This document shows, piece by piece, positions 1 through 9,265 of a stretch of DNA of 64,000 bases (the stretch's first letter is position 1; every line of letters starts with the position of its first letter). Origin of the DNA: an uncultured delta proteobacterium (lineage in GTDB: Bacteria; Desulfobacterota; Desulfomonilia; UBA1062). Below the pieces are notes generated by a model, which was given only the letters and a program-made list of their open reading frames with translations, was not told the origin of the DNA and did not search any database. Both the position numbers and the translations under genes were made by a program. The DNA lies in NCBI GenBank assembly GCA_963785235.1, contig CAWAUM010000011.1, forward strand, positions 64,001 to 128,000, given 5' to 3'.

Positions 1-668
1 ATACGGGCACGGCACACCCGTTGGTCATGTTTGCCGCCGCCCTCTCCGAGGCAAAGCCCGGTGACAAGCTGCTGCTTGCCGGTTTCGGCCAGGGCTGCGA
101 TGTGCTCTGCTTCGAGGCCACGGACAAAATTACAAAGTTCAGGCCGAATAAAGGCATCAAGGGCCACCTCGCTGCAAAGGTGGACTTCACCAACTATCTG
201 AAATTCGCCAAGTTCAGGGACCTCATCATGGCAGACCTGGGCATCAGGGGCGAGGCAAACCCCAATACCTCCTTAAGTACCCTGTGGAGGAAGCGCAAGA
301 TGATCATGGGCTTTGTGGGCCACAAGTGCACCAAGTGCGGGACAGCCCAGTTTCCGCCCATGCCCATGTGCGTGAAGCCTGACTGTAATGCCACAGGGCA
401 GTTTGTGGACTATGAATTTGCTGACAAGCCCGGAAGGGTGGAGATGTTCACGGGTGACCTGCTCTCACCATCGGTGGACCCGCCGGCGGTATACGGCATG
501 GTCTCGTTCGACGGCGGCGGCAGGGTCTTTGTGGACTTCACCGACTGCGACATGAACCAGGTCAAGGTCGGCATGCCCGTCAAGATGACCTTCAGGCGCA
601 GGTCGTCGGACCAGGTAAGGGGCTTCACCGGGTATTTCTGGAAGGCCGTGCCCCAGGTTGCACGTTGA
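1..668 (+). CDS. HMG-CoA-synthase-like/DUF35 (Zn-ribbon + OB-fold) fusion protein, 5'-truncated by window edge
   Basis: Frame open from position 3 (TGTAHPL...AGFGQGCD, condensing-enzyme C-terminus), followed by CTKC...CVKPDC Zn ribbon and an OB-fold ending YFWKAVP; directly upstream of a thiolase. Confidence 0.8.
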   Translation, partial: TGTAHPLVMFAAALSEAKPGDKLLLAGFGQGCDVLCFEATDKITKFRPNKGIKGHLAAKVDFTNYLKFAKFRDLIMADLGIRGEANPNTSLSTLWRKRKMIMGFVGHKCTKCGTAQFPPMPMCVKPDCNATGQFVDYEFADKPGRVEMFTGDLLSPSVDPPAVYGMVSFDGGGRVFVDFTDCDMNQVKVGMPVKMTFRRRSSDQVRGFTGYFWKAVPQVAR

Positions 669-679
669 GGAGGCAGACA

Positions 680-1885
680 ATGGCAAGCGGAATTAAAGAT
701 AAGGTAGCCATCTTGGGAATGGGGTGTTCGAAGTTCGGCGAGCGGTGGAACGACAGTGCGGAAGATCTCATGGTAGAGGCCTTCCAGGAGTGCATCGCCG
801 ATGCCGGTATTGATAAGAATCAGATCCAGGCAGCATGGCTGGGCTTATGCTTCGACGAGATCAACCTGGGCAAGAGCGCGCTTTCGGCCTCTGTGACGCT
901 GAGGCTGCCCAACATCGCGGTGACGCGGGTGGAGAATTTCTGTGCCAGCGGCACGGAGTCATTCAGGGGGGCGGTCTATGCCGTTGCCTCCGGGGCCTGT
1001 GATATTGCGCTGGCTATCGGTGTTGAGAAGCTCAAGGATATCGGCTATGGCGGGCTGCCGGAATTCAGTTCCGCCATGGGTATTTCCAACTCGCTGTGGT
1101 TTCCCAACCTGACTGCGCCAGGCGGTTTTGCCATGCTGGCCACGGGTTATGCGGCAAAGTATGGTCTGGACATCCAGGAGGTGAAGAGGGCCATGGCCCA
1201 TATCTCGGTGAAGAGCCATGCCAACGGCGCCCTGAACCCCAAGGCCCACCTGCGGAAGCCCGTCACCGAGGAGCAGGTGCTCATGTCACCCATGATCGCC
1301 TTCCCTCTGGGGCTCTTCGACTGCTGCGGTGTGAGCGACGGTGCGGCTTGTGCCATCGTAACCACACCGGAGATCGCCAGGTCTTTCGGCAAGAAGGACA
1401 TCATCTCGGTAAAGGCCCTGCAGCTGGCGCTCTCCAACGGGACCGAGATCGCCTACGACTGGGACGGAGCTCACTTCCTGACCACCACCAAGGCGAGCAC
1501 GGCAGCCTACAACGAGGCGGGCATCAGGAACCCAAGGGAGGAGATCAGCATGATGGAGGTGCACGACTGCTTCTCCATCACCGAGCTCGTCACCATGGAA
1601 GACCTCCACATATCCGAACGGGGCAAGGCACCGAAAGACATCATGGATGGTTTCTACGACCGTGGTGGAAGACTCCCCTGCCAGGTCGACGGCGGTCTCA
1701 AGTGTTTCGGCCACCCCATCGGTGCATCGGGGTTGAGGATGCTCTATGAGATGTACCTCCAGTTCCTTGGACGTGCGGGAGACAGGCAGCTCAAAGATCC
1801 GAAGTACGGGCTTACCCACAACCTCGGCGGGTTTCCCATGCTGAACATCTGCAGCATTGCCATTTTGGGCAGATACGGGAATTAG
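680..1885 (+). CDS. SCP-x-type thiolase / acetyl-CoA acetyltransferase
   Basis: VENFCASG, EVHDCFSITE and GHPIGASG motifs; SD GAGGAGG upstream of ATG 680. Confidence 0.92.
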   Translation: MASGIKDKVAILGMGCSKFGERWNDSAEDLMVEAFQECIADAGIDKNQIQAAWLGLCFDEINLGKSALSASVTLRLPNIAVTRVENFCASGTESFRGAVYAVASGACDIALAIGVEKLKDIGYGGLPEFSSAMGISNSLWFPNLTAPGGFAMLATGYAAKYGLDIQEVKRAMAHISVKSHANGALNPKAHLRKPVTEEQVLMSPMIAFPLGLFDCCGVSDGAACAIVTTPEIARSFGKKDIISVKALQLALSNGTEIAYDWDGAHFLTTTKASTAAYNEAGIRNPREEISMMEVHDCFSITELVTMEDLHISERGKAPKDIMDGFYDRGGRLPCQVDGGLKCFGHPIGASGLRMLYEMYLQFLGRAGDRQLKDPKYGLTHNLGGFPMLNICSIAILGRYGN

Positions 1886-1895
1886 GAGGCATTTC

Positions 1896-2345
1896 ATGGC
1901 AGACAAAAGCAAGGTCGGAAAGGAATATGCCCCGGTCAGCTGGGAGGTGGAGCGTGGCAAGATCAGGGAAATGGCAAAGGCCATCGGCGACCCCAACCCC
2001 ATATATTTGGATAAGGATGCAGCCGTTCAGGAGGGGTACAAGGATTGCCCTGCGCCCCCGACATTTCTCACGGTCCCCCTCATGTGGTCGTCCTCCATGC
2101 CTGGTGTCATCACGGACCTGGCCATCAACTTCATGATGGTGCTCCATGGAGAAGAACAATACGAGTACTACCAGGAGATCTATCCCGGTGACGTGATAAC
2201 CGCTACGCCCAAGGTGGCGGCCATCGAGGAGAAGACGAACAAGGCGGGCAGGAAGATGGACATGGTGACCTTGGAGTTCCTCTATACGAACCAGAGGGGC
2301 GAAAAGGTCGCCAAGGCCACGTCGCTGCTCGTTGAGAGAAAGTAG
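1896..2345 (+). CDS. MaoC-family dehydratase, N-terminal-type (hotdog fold) subunit
   Basis: VERGKIREMAKAIGDPNPIY, APPTF and LHGEEQYEY motifs; SD AGGAGG. Confidence 0.85.
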   Translation: MADKSKVGKEYAPVSWEVERGKIREMAKAIGDPNPIYLDKDAAVQEGYKDCPAPPTFLTVPLMWSSSMPGVITDLAINFMMVLHGEEQYEYYQEIYPGDVITATPKVAAIEEKTNKAGRKMDMVTLEFLYTNQRGEKVAKATSLLVERK

Positions 2346-2355
2346 GAGGGACTCT

Positions 2356-2790
2356 ATGGCGCATCAGATCTATTTTGAAGACATCGCAATCGGAACCCAG
2401 ATGCCCGCCCTCGTCAAGGGGCCCCTTATAAAGCTCCAGCATGTCATCTATGCAGGTGCATCGGGCGACTTCAACCCGCTGCACACGGACGATGACTTTG
2501 CCAGGGCAGTGGGTATGAAGGACGGGGTGATCACCCACGGCATGCTCGTCATGGGTTTTGTGGGGCAGGCCATTACGAGCTGGATACCAAAGAAGAATCT
2601 CAAGCGTTTCGCCTTGAGGTTTGCCGGCATGACCAGGCCGGGCAACACCATCACCATAACCGGCAAGGTTATTGACAAGAGGAAACAGGCAGGGGAGAAT
2701 CTCATAACCTGTGAGGTTGTTGCCGTTGATGAGGCTCTCGATGTGAAGGTCACCGGGAGTTTCGACGCGGCCCTTCCCACAAAGTCCTGA
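2356..2790 (+). CDS. MaoC-family (R)-hydratase/dehydratase
   Basis: YAGASGDFNPLHTD...ITHGM hydratase motif; SD AGGAGG. Confidence 0.9.
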   Translation: MAHQIYFEDIAIGTQMPALVKGPLIKLQHVIYAGASGDFNPLHTDDDFARAVGMKDGVITHGMLVMGFVGQAITSWIPKKNLKRFALRFAGMTRPGNTITITGKVIDKRKQAGENLITCEVVAVDEALDVKVTGSFDAALPTKS

Positions 2791-2827
2791 TTAAGTGATT
2801 GATGTAACTAAGAGGAAGGGAGAGCAT

Positions 2828-3736
2828 ATGGCAAAGATAGATTTTACCGGAAGGGTTGCAATAGTAACGGGCTCCGGCGCCGGCCTGGGAAGGCAGTACG
2901 CCCTTGAGCTGGCCAAGAGGGGCGCAAAGATCGTGGTGAACGATCTGGGGGGAAGCCGTGACGGCGTGGGCCACAGCGATGCGGCGGCGAACAAGGTGGT
3001 GGAAGAGATCAAGGCCCTGGGCAGCCAGGCAGTCCCGAACTATGACAACGTGGCAACGGCAGCCGGCGGGGAGAACATCGTGAAGACCGCCATCGATGCC
3101 TTCGGCAAGGTGGATATACTCATCAACAACGCCGGGATCCTCAGGGACAAGTCCTTCAACAAGATGGAAGAGGAGAACTGGGATACGGTCATGGCCGTGC
3201 ATCTGCGCGGCGCCTACTGCGTGAGCAAGCCCGCCTTCGTCAATATGAGGGAGAACGGCTACGGCCGGATCATCATGACCACATCCGGGGCAGGCCTGTT
3301 CGGCAACTTCGGGCAGAGCAACTACGCATCGGCAAAGATGGGTCTCGTCGGGCTCACCAACGTGCTCAAGCTTGAAGGCGCCAAGTACAACATCAAGACC
3401 AATGTGATCGTGCCTGTGGCCGCATCGCGCCTCACCGAAGATGTCCTGCCGCCCCAGCTCTTTGAAAAGATGAAGCCGGATTTCATCACCCCGGCAGTGC
3501 TCTACATGTGTTCCGAACTCTGCAGCGATTCGGGCATGATCATCAATGCCACGCTGGGCTATTACAGCCGCTCGGCAATGGTGACCGGACCCGGCGTGTT
3601 CCTCTCCGACGGGCACAGAATCCCTGAGCCTGAAGAGATCATGGAGGCCTGGGACAAGATCAAGAGCCTTGAAGACCCGAAGTACTTCGATCAGCTTCCC
3701 GAGATGTTCGGGGTGCTGGGGCCGTTGCTTCAATAG
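2828..3736 (+). CDS. SDR, MFE-2-like 3-hydroxyacyl-CoA dehydrogenase
   Basis: TGSGAGLG, VVNDLGG, NNAGILRD and YASAK (YxxxK) motifs. Confidence 0.92.
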   Translation: MAKIDFTGRVAIVTGSGAGLGRQYALELAKRGAKIVVNDLGGSRDGVGHSDAAANKVVEEIKALGSQAVPNYDNVATAAGGENIVKTAIDAFGKVDILINNAGILRDKSFNKMEEENWDTVMAVHLRGAYCVSKPAFVNMRENGYGRIIMTTSGAGLFGNFGQSNYASAKMGLVGLTNVLKLEGAKYNIKTNVIVPVAASRLTEDVLPPQLFEKMKPDFITPAVLYMCSELCSDSGMIINATLGYYSRSAMVTGPGVFLSDGHRIPEPEEIMEAWDKIKSLEDPKYFDQLPEMFGVLGPLLQ

Positions 3737-3760
3737 AGCCCATTGAAAAAGTCTAAGATT

Positions 3761-3829
3761 GTCATTCCTGCGAAAGCTGGAATCCAGTCTTTCCAAGAAC
3801 TTCTGGACCCCCGCTTTCGCGGGGGTGAC
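3761..3829. repeat. REP-like palindromic doublet (GTCATTCCCGCGAAGGCGGGAATCCAG family), copy 1
   Basis: GTCATTCCTGCGAAAGCTGGAATCCAG followed by the inverted CTGGACCCCCGCTTTCGCGGGGGTGAC. Confidence 0.85.
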
Positions 3830-3890
3830 ACCTTTTTTGAGTTTTGCAATTGCCTCGAAAGACTAAGGTTAAGGATCACGCCACCGGGGA

Positions 3891-4523
3891 TTATCCCCGG
3901 CCCAGCTGTAGAAACCGTATTTCATACTCCTCAGGCAGGAAAAGGGCTAGTGATGCCTCCTCAACGGCTCCGACCGTAATCACATAGCGCCTGTCCCTTA
4001 AAAGCCTTTTTTTCATCCCTGCTCCGGCAGGGATTTTTTCAATGGTGGTTCCGTCGATTTCCATAATGGATGGTGTGTGTGAGTGGCCCCTGAAAAGGAT
4101 CTTGTACGGTATAATAGATCCCAGGTCTACGAGGGGATGGCTGTCGGTAATGGGCCAGCTCGTTGCAGCGGGCCAGTCAAAGGGGGCCGAGTGGGCAAAG
4201 CAAATATCATCGATGGTGATGGTGTAGGGCAACCCGGAAAGGAAGGAGAGGACCTCCGGGGAAAGGCTGTTCGCATGGCTGCCCTGGTGGTTGACCATGA
4301 TGGCATACTCGTTGTTGCCCATGACCGTTCGCACGCCATGTTCCATCAACATGGGTACGGCATCTTCCAGGGCAAGAGGGGCCAGCGAGTCGCAGATATC
4401 GCCCAGGTGGAAGATGGTCTGGACGCCCCTATCTTTGAGCAGGAGGATCGCCTGGAGGAGGAGCTCGTTTTCCCCGTGGCTGTCTGCGATGATGCCGATC
4501 GGGCCGTGCAAGCCGGATTCCAT
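3891..4523 (-). CDS. metallophosphoesterase (calcineurin-like, YfcE-type)
   Basis: DSHG, HLGD, GNNE, AH and GHSH motifs; exact start uncertain (4523/4535/4559). Confidence 0.85.
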   Translation of the reverse strand: MESGLHGPIGIIADSHGENELLLQAILLLKDRGVQTIFHLGDICDSLAPLALEDAVPMLMEHGVRTVMGNNEYAIMVNHQGSHANSLSPEVLSFLSGLPYTITIDDICFAHSAPFDWPAATSWPITDSHPLVDLGSIIPYKILFRGHSHTPSIMEIDGTTIEKIPAGAGMKKRLLRDRRYVITVGAVEEASLALFLPEEYEIRFLQLGRG

Positions 4524-4619
4524 TGCTAAAGGCATAGAGGATGGATTTTTTATTTGCAAGGGAAATGAAAGAGAGTGTCAATCCCTCATGAAATGTTGTT
4601 GCAAAAAGGTGTTTTTTTT

Positions 4620-4688
4620 GTCGTCCCCGCGAAGGCGGGGACCCAGGGGCTCTTATAAAGACTGGATTCCCGCCTTCGCGGGAATGAC
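4620..4688. repeat. REP-like palindromic doublet, copy 2
   Basis: GTCGTCCCCGCGAAGGCGGGGACCCAG...CTGGATTCCCGCCTTCGCGGGAATGAC. Confidence 0.85.
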
Positions 4689-4751
4689 GCATGAGATGCT
4701 TTTTCACCCCGAGGGTTGAAGAAGCTTCTGTCGGGGATATGACAATCCCCC

Positions 4752-4800
4752 TTGACACCCTTACCCCCCGGAGGTTATAAAGTTTAAAGTGAAACTTTAA
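4752..4800 (+). promoter_or_regulatory. sigma70-type promoter with overlapping 7-3-7 operator palindrome
   Basis: TTGACA(4752)-18 bp-TATAAA(4776); TTAAAGT-GAA-ACTTTAA at 4784-4800. Confidence 0.6.
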
Positions 4801-4823
4801 CATATCCCTTCAGGGGGTTCTTT

Positions 4824-6318
4824 ATGCCCGACTATGATGTGGTGGTTATCGGCGCAGGCAACGGCGGTATGACAGCGGCGCTCACCCTTGCCAAGGCAGG
4901 CCGCAAGGTACTTCTTCTCGAAAGGCACAATATCCCGGGCGGGTGTGCCACGAGCTTTATCCGCGGCAGGTTCGAGTTCGAGGTGGCACTCCACCAGCTC
5001 AGCGGCATGGGCTCAGCAGAAAAGCCCGGTCCTTTGAGGTCTATTCTCGGCGAGATGGGGGTCCTTGAGCAGGCTCGAGTTCGTGGAGATAGAGAACCTT
5101 TACCGGGTCGTGTTCCCCGGAACCTTCGATGTGACGCTCAAAGCGGACCGGGAAGAGGCCATAAAGGAGCTCGCCAAGCGATTCCCCAAGGAGGCCGATT
5201 CCATCCGCAGGTTCTTCGATCTGATCTATGATTTCTGCATGCAGCTCGTCCAGGGGATTTTCTTCCACGACCCCGACATCTCCAAGGAGAAGTACCCGCT
5301 CTATTTCAAGTATGCCCTGAAGAACTCCCAGGAGGTCCTGGATGAATACTTCGAAAACCCCTTCCTGAAGGCCATCCTGAGCGTTTACTGGGGGTATGTT
5401 GGCGTACCTCCCCGCCAATTGCCCTTCGGCGACCTGGCCATCATGCTGTGGGCCTACATAGAGTTCAAACCCTACCACCTCAAGGGAGGGTCCCAGGCCC
5501 TGTCCAATGCCCTCCTTGACGTTTTCCTTCAGGCCGGAGGCGAGGTGCGCTTCAACTGTGCGGCCCAGAAGATCATTGTTGAAAACGGAGCGGTAAAGGG
5601 TGTCATCACCGAGCATGGCGACCGTGTGGATACCGGTTATGTGGTATCCAATGCGAGCTCCATCCAGACCTACATCGACCTTATCGATCGCAGTGAAGTC
5701 CCCAAAAGCCAGCTGGATACCTTCAGGAGCTCCACCATCGGCCCTTCCGCCTTCACGGTGTATATGGGCCTTGATTGTGAACCCGGCGATATCGGCATAC
5801 ACGAGACCACGAACTTCCTCACCACAACCACCGACGCGGACAGGGCCTTTGATCTCTGGAAGACCATGGAACCCCAGGGCTGGGCGCTACTCACCTGCTA
5901 CGACGTGTCCGACCCTGACTTCTCTCCCCCGGGCACCTGCCAGGCAGCCCTTGTTGCCCTGCAGTATGCCGACCCATGGTACACGGTCTCTCCCCAGCAG
6001 TATGCAGATGCAAAATACCGCTATGCAGATGCCATGCTCGATCTTGCCGAGCGGGTTTTCCCCGGGCTGCGGGGCCGCATCGAAGAGCTGGAGGCAGCCA
6101 CCCCCCTTACCCATATGCGCTACCTGAACCATCCGGGCGGGGCCATCTACGGGTTCGATCAGTATGCCAAGGACTCCGCGTATTTCCTCTCGGGCAAATC
6201 CGCCATCAAGGGGCTCTACCACGCGGGCGCATGGGCGGGCAGCGGCGGGTTCCAGCCCACGCTTACCTCGGGCAGGTCCACGGCGCGCACGATCCTGAAG
6301 GCAATGAGGAACAAGTGA
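4824..6318 (+). CDS. phytoene desaturase/retinol saturase-like FAD-dependent oxidoreductase (apparent +1 frameshift near 5070)
   Basis: N-terminal VVVIGAGNGG...LLERHNIPGGCA in ORF 4824-5231 continues in ORF 5065-6318 (ATPLT...GGAIYG, GLYHAGAW). Confidence 0.85.
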
Positions 6319-6332
6319 GGAGGTTTTAAGCC

Positions 6333-7493
6333 ATGGCGCTCAAAGATGTATTGAAGGACATGGAAGGTTACCAGGAGATAGCACGCGAGATAGAGGTGCT
6401 GAGAAAATACGGCTCCGACTACAGCTCAAGTAAGGGTGTTGTGGAGCACATCATATCGCTGCTCCACCCCAAGAGGATCACCCTGAAGCTCTCCGAGGTC
6501 ATCCAAGAGACGAGTTCCAGCAAGACCTTCAGGTTTGCGGCAAAAGGCGGCTATCTGCCGCCCTTCCAGGCAGGCCAGTATGTCAACATCTTCGTGGATG
6601 TGGGCGGAATAAGGACAAGCAGGCCTTACAGCATGTCTTCGGCGCCAACGCAGCTGGGATACTATGACATCACCATCCGCAACATGGCAGACGGTTTTGT
6701 CTCGGGGTTTTTCCTCGATGAGGTTGCAGTGGGCGCCGAGTTCGAGGCCACATCACCCTCGGGTAATTTCATTTACAACCCGCTCTTCCATGGTGAAGAC
6801 CTGGTTTTCCTGGCAGGGGGCAGCGGTGTGACCCCGTTCATGAGCATGATCCGCGAGGTTGCTGACCGGGGCCTGTCACGCCGGATCCACCTCATCTACG
6901 GAAGCCAGGACCCCGATGACATCATCTTCGCAGGCGAGCTTTCGGCCATAACGGAAAAACATGGGAATATCTCCTGCAGCCTGGTCATATCCAACCCACC
7001 CAAGGGATACAAAGGTTTGACCGGCTTCATCACGGCAGAGCTCATGAAAAAAATCCTGGGCGATGTCACAGGAAAGACCTTCTACCTGTGCGGGCCAGAC
7101 GCCATGTACACCTTCTGTCTGAACGAGCTGGAAAAACTCGGTATCCCCAGAAGGAAGATCCGCACCGAGGTCTATGGACCGCCCAGGGATGTTACCACCC
7201 AGCCCGGGTGGCCCTCAGATGTGAAACCGGCTCATGTCTTCACCGTGAAAATCAAGGGAGGCAAGACGATCCCTGCAAAGGCATCCGAGCCGTTGATGAT
7301 CTCGCTGGAAAGAAATGGGGTCGTGATCCCGGCGCTGTGCAGATCCGGAGAATGCAGCCTGTGCCGGACAAAGTTGCTTACGGGAAAGGTATTCCAGCCC
7401 GAAGGGGTAAGGCTGAGAAAATCCGACAGGCAGTTCGGCTACATCCACCCATGCATGGCCTACCCCCTAACCGACCTGGAGATCCTGCTGTAA
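6333..7493 (+). CDS. FAD/NAD(P)H ferredoxin reductase with C-terminal 2Fe-2S domain (PaaE/KshB/Hcr-like)
   Basis: RPYSMSS, AGGSGVTP, YLCGP, then CRSGECSLC...C. Confidence 0.9.
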   Translation: MALKDVLKDMEGYQEIAREIEVLRKYGSDYSSSKGVVEHIISLLHPKRITLKLSEVIQETSSSKTFRFAAKGGYLPPFQAGQYVNIFVDVGGIRTSRPYSMSSAPTQLGYYDITIRNMADGFVSGFFLDEVAVGAEFEATSPSGNFIYNPLFHGEDLVFLAGGSGVTPFMSMIREVADRGLSRRIHLIYGSQDPDDIIFAGELSAITEKHGNISCSLVISNPPKGYKGLTGFITAELMKKILGDVTGKTFYLCGPDAMYTFCLNELEKLGIPRRKIRTEVYGPPRDVTTQPGWPSDVKPAHVFTVKIKGGKTIPAKASEPLMISLERNGVVIPALCRSGECSLCRTKLLTGKVFQPEGVRLRKSDRQFGYIHPCMAYPLTDLEILL

Positions 7494-7537
7494 GCATAGA
7501 TAGTACGGATATAACTCAATTGCAGAACCAGCAGGAC

Positions 7538-7632
7538 GTCATTCCCGCGAATGAATTAGCATGTGTCATTCCCGCGGAGGCGGGAATCCAGTTTTTCAAA
7601 TCCTTCTGCACCCCCGCCTTCGCGGGGGTGAC
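7538..7632. repeat. REP-like palindromic cluster, copy 3 (truncated unit plus doublet)
   Basis: GTCATTCCCGCGAA at 7538, GTCATTCCCGCGGAGGCGGGAATCCAG at 7565, inverted CCCCCGCCTTCGCGGGGGTGAC ending 7632. Confidence 0.85.
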
Positions 7633-7658
7633 ACATATTCTGAACAGGTAAAATTTCT

Positions 7659-8813
7659 TCACCTCGAAGCAACAAGCCGTGCTGGCTGCTCAAGCACATC
7701 CAGAATCCCCTGTGCGCAGTAAACGCGGTCGCGCCTGGTCTGCCTGATCTCCTTTACGATACCCAAGCTCACCAGCTTATCAATGGCCCGCTGGGCCGTA
7801 GTGAAGGCAATGCCCAGGTCAACCGAGAGCTTCTTGGCCGTGATATACGGGTTCGCAGCAAGGCAGTCCAGTGTCTGGGGCAGCACCCTGGAGACTGTCA
7901 CCGCCACTTCGGCACGCCACTTGGCCATGAGGTCGTTGATGGTCTCCGCCCGGTTCAAAGCATCTTCGGCCTGGCGGGCAATGCCGTTGAAAAAATAGAC
8001 AAGCCATGCCTCCCAGTTGCCCTGGCTGCTGACGCTGCGCAGCATTTCGTAGTAATGGTTCCTAGTCGCCTCGAAAAATGCGCTCAGGTAGAGCATGGGT
8101 GTAGGCAGCACGCCCCGCTCCACCAGGAACAACGTGATGAGGAGACGTCCCACCCTGCCGTTGCCGTCGAGAAAGGGATGGATCGCCTCGAACTGGTAGT
8201 GGGCCAGGGCTATCTGCACTAAAGGCGGCAGCGTCGCATCCTGGAGAAAGGCCTCAAGACCTGCCATGCATTCGGCCAGCATGTCGGGCGGTGGCGGCAC
8301 ATAGGTGGCGTCCATCAGTGTGCAGCCAGGCGCGCCGATCCAGTTCTGGGTCCTACGGAATTCGCCCGGTGTGGCATGCTCCCCCCGCACGTCGTGCATG
8401 AGCTTCTCGTGGATCTCTAAGATGAGCGGGGTGGAGAGCGGAAGAGTTTTCAGCCGCTCGATGCCGTAGTCCAGCGCTGCCACATAGTTGGCCACCTCCT
8501 TGAGGTCATCGGGGCTGCGGTCGACAAAAGCGCCTGCATCCGAGGCCAGAATCTCACCCAGGGTGGCCTGGGTGCCCTCGATGCGGCTCGACAGCACCGC
8601 CTCGCGGGTAAGGAACGGCCGCATGAGCAGGTGCGGGTTGGCAAGCCTCCCGCCTTCACCTGCCAGCCACCCGATGAGCCGGTCCGCCTCGGAAAGGGCG
8701 CGGAGCAGGGCAGGAGTCCAGGTGAGCACGGGGGGCAAGCGGTCGGGCATGAACGCAGTGATGCCGGGCTTGATCTTTACCGCACGCCCCGGGCTTTTTA
8801 ATGGTTTTGCCAT
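7659..8813 (-). CDS. Fic family protein (class II, N-terminal inhibitory motif, C-terminal HTH)
   Basis: HPFLDGNGRVGR catalytic motif; SSRIEG (S/T)xxxE(G/N) motif; SD AAGGAGG. Confidence 0.92.
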   Translation of the reverse strand: MAKPLKSPGRAVKIKPGITAFMPDRLPPVLTWTPALLRALSEADRLIGWLAGEGGRLANPHLLMRPFLTREAVLSSRIEGTQATLGEILASDAGAFVDRSPDDLKEVANYVAALDYGIERLKTLPLSTPLILEIHEKLMHDVRGEHATPGEFRRTQNWIGAPGCTLMDATYVPPPPDMLAECMAGLEAFLQDATLPPLVQIALAHYQFEAIHPFLDGNGRVGRLLITLFLVERGVLPTPMLYLSAFFEATRNHYYEMLRSVSSQGNWEAWLVYFFNGIARQAEDALNRAETINDLMAKWRAEVAVTVSRVLPQTLDCLAANPYITAKKLSVDLGIAFTTAQRAIDKLVSLGIVKEIRQTRRDRVYCAQGILDVLEQPARLVASR

Positions 8814-8914
8814 GGTTCCTCCTTATGTGCAGCAGTGAAAATAGCGCAGGATGCTATTAGCGATATCGTATGTATTCGAAAATAGCAAGGGTATGTCGGA
8901 TGTGGTGGGGTATA

Positions 8915-9102
8915 CGGTCATATTCTCTAATCTCATCATGGCCCTGCAGGCAGGACTGCCGCTTCTGGATTTCACCAGTATCCGAGGGAGAACAAGAGAA
9001 GAATATTTTCAGGCAGTCCGTATTGGTATGCGTAAGGATTATAACCCTATGAAGAAGATATTCTTTTCCGTAGTTTCAAAGACTTTGAAGTCCTCGCAGT
9101 AA
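8915..9102 (+). pseudogene. C-terminal remnant of a second Fic (cell filamentation) protein
   Basis: MALQAGLPLLDF...EEYFQAVRIGMRKDYNPMKKIF resembles the post-motif C-terminus of small Fic toxins; the HPFxxGNGR motif is absent; start approximate. Confidence 0.5.
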
Positions 9103-9265
9103 TATCTCCGGACGCGTTTTTTTTAGACTCACACTCTCCGGTACGAAGGGCGCCCCTGATCCCTTCAATGTCGGAAGACGACTCCACGGTTCGGATAAGG
9201 GCCTCTTTTCTGGAAAGGCTGTCTTTCAGGTAAGGATTTGTTGAAACCAATGCCCGTTTCTTCAT
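9047..9265 (-). CDS. putative Fic antitoxin (VbhA/YhfG-like small protein)
   Basis: 72 aa MKKRALVSTNPYLKD...TVESSSDIEG containing the (S/T)xxxEG inhibitory motif; adjacent to Fic genes. Confidence 0.55.
   Translation of the reverse strand: MKKRALVSTNPYLKDSLSRKEALIRTVESSSDIEGIRGALRTGECESKKNASGDITARTSKSLKLRKRISSS

Noticed and set aside
2750-3796. 348-aa antisense ORF over the SDR gene
   Set aside because: Typical shadow ORF of a GC-rich coding strand, with no motifs or SD.
3761-7632. Palindromic repeats as a CRISPR array
   Set aside because: They are dispersed inverted doublets without regular spacers, and no cas genes are present. The TM0106 nuclease is only distantly Cas4-like.
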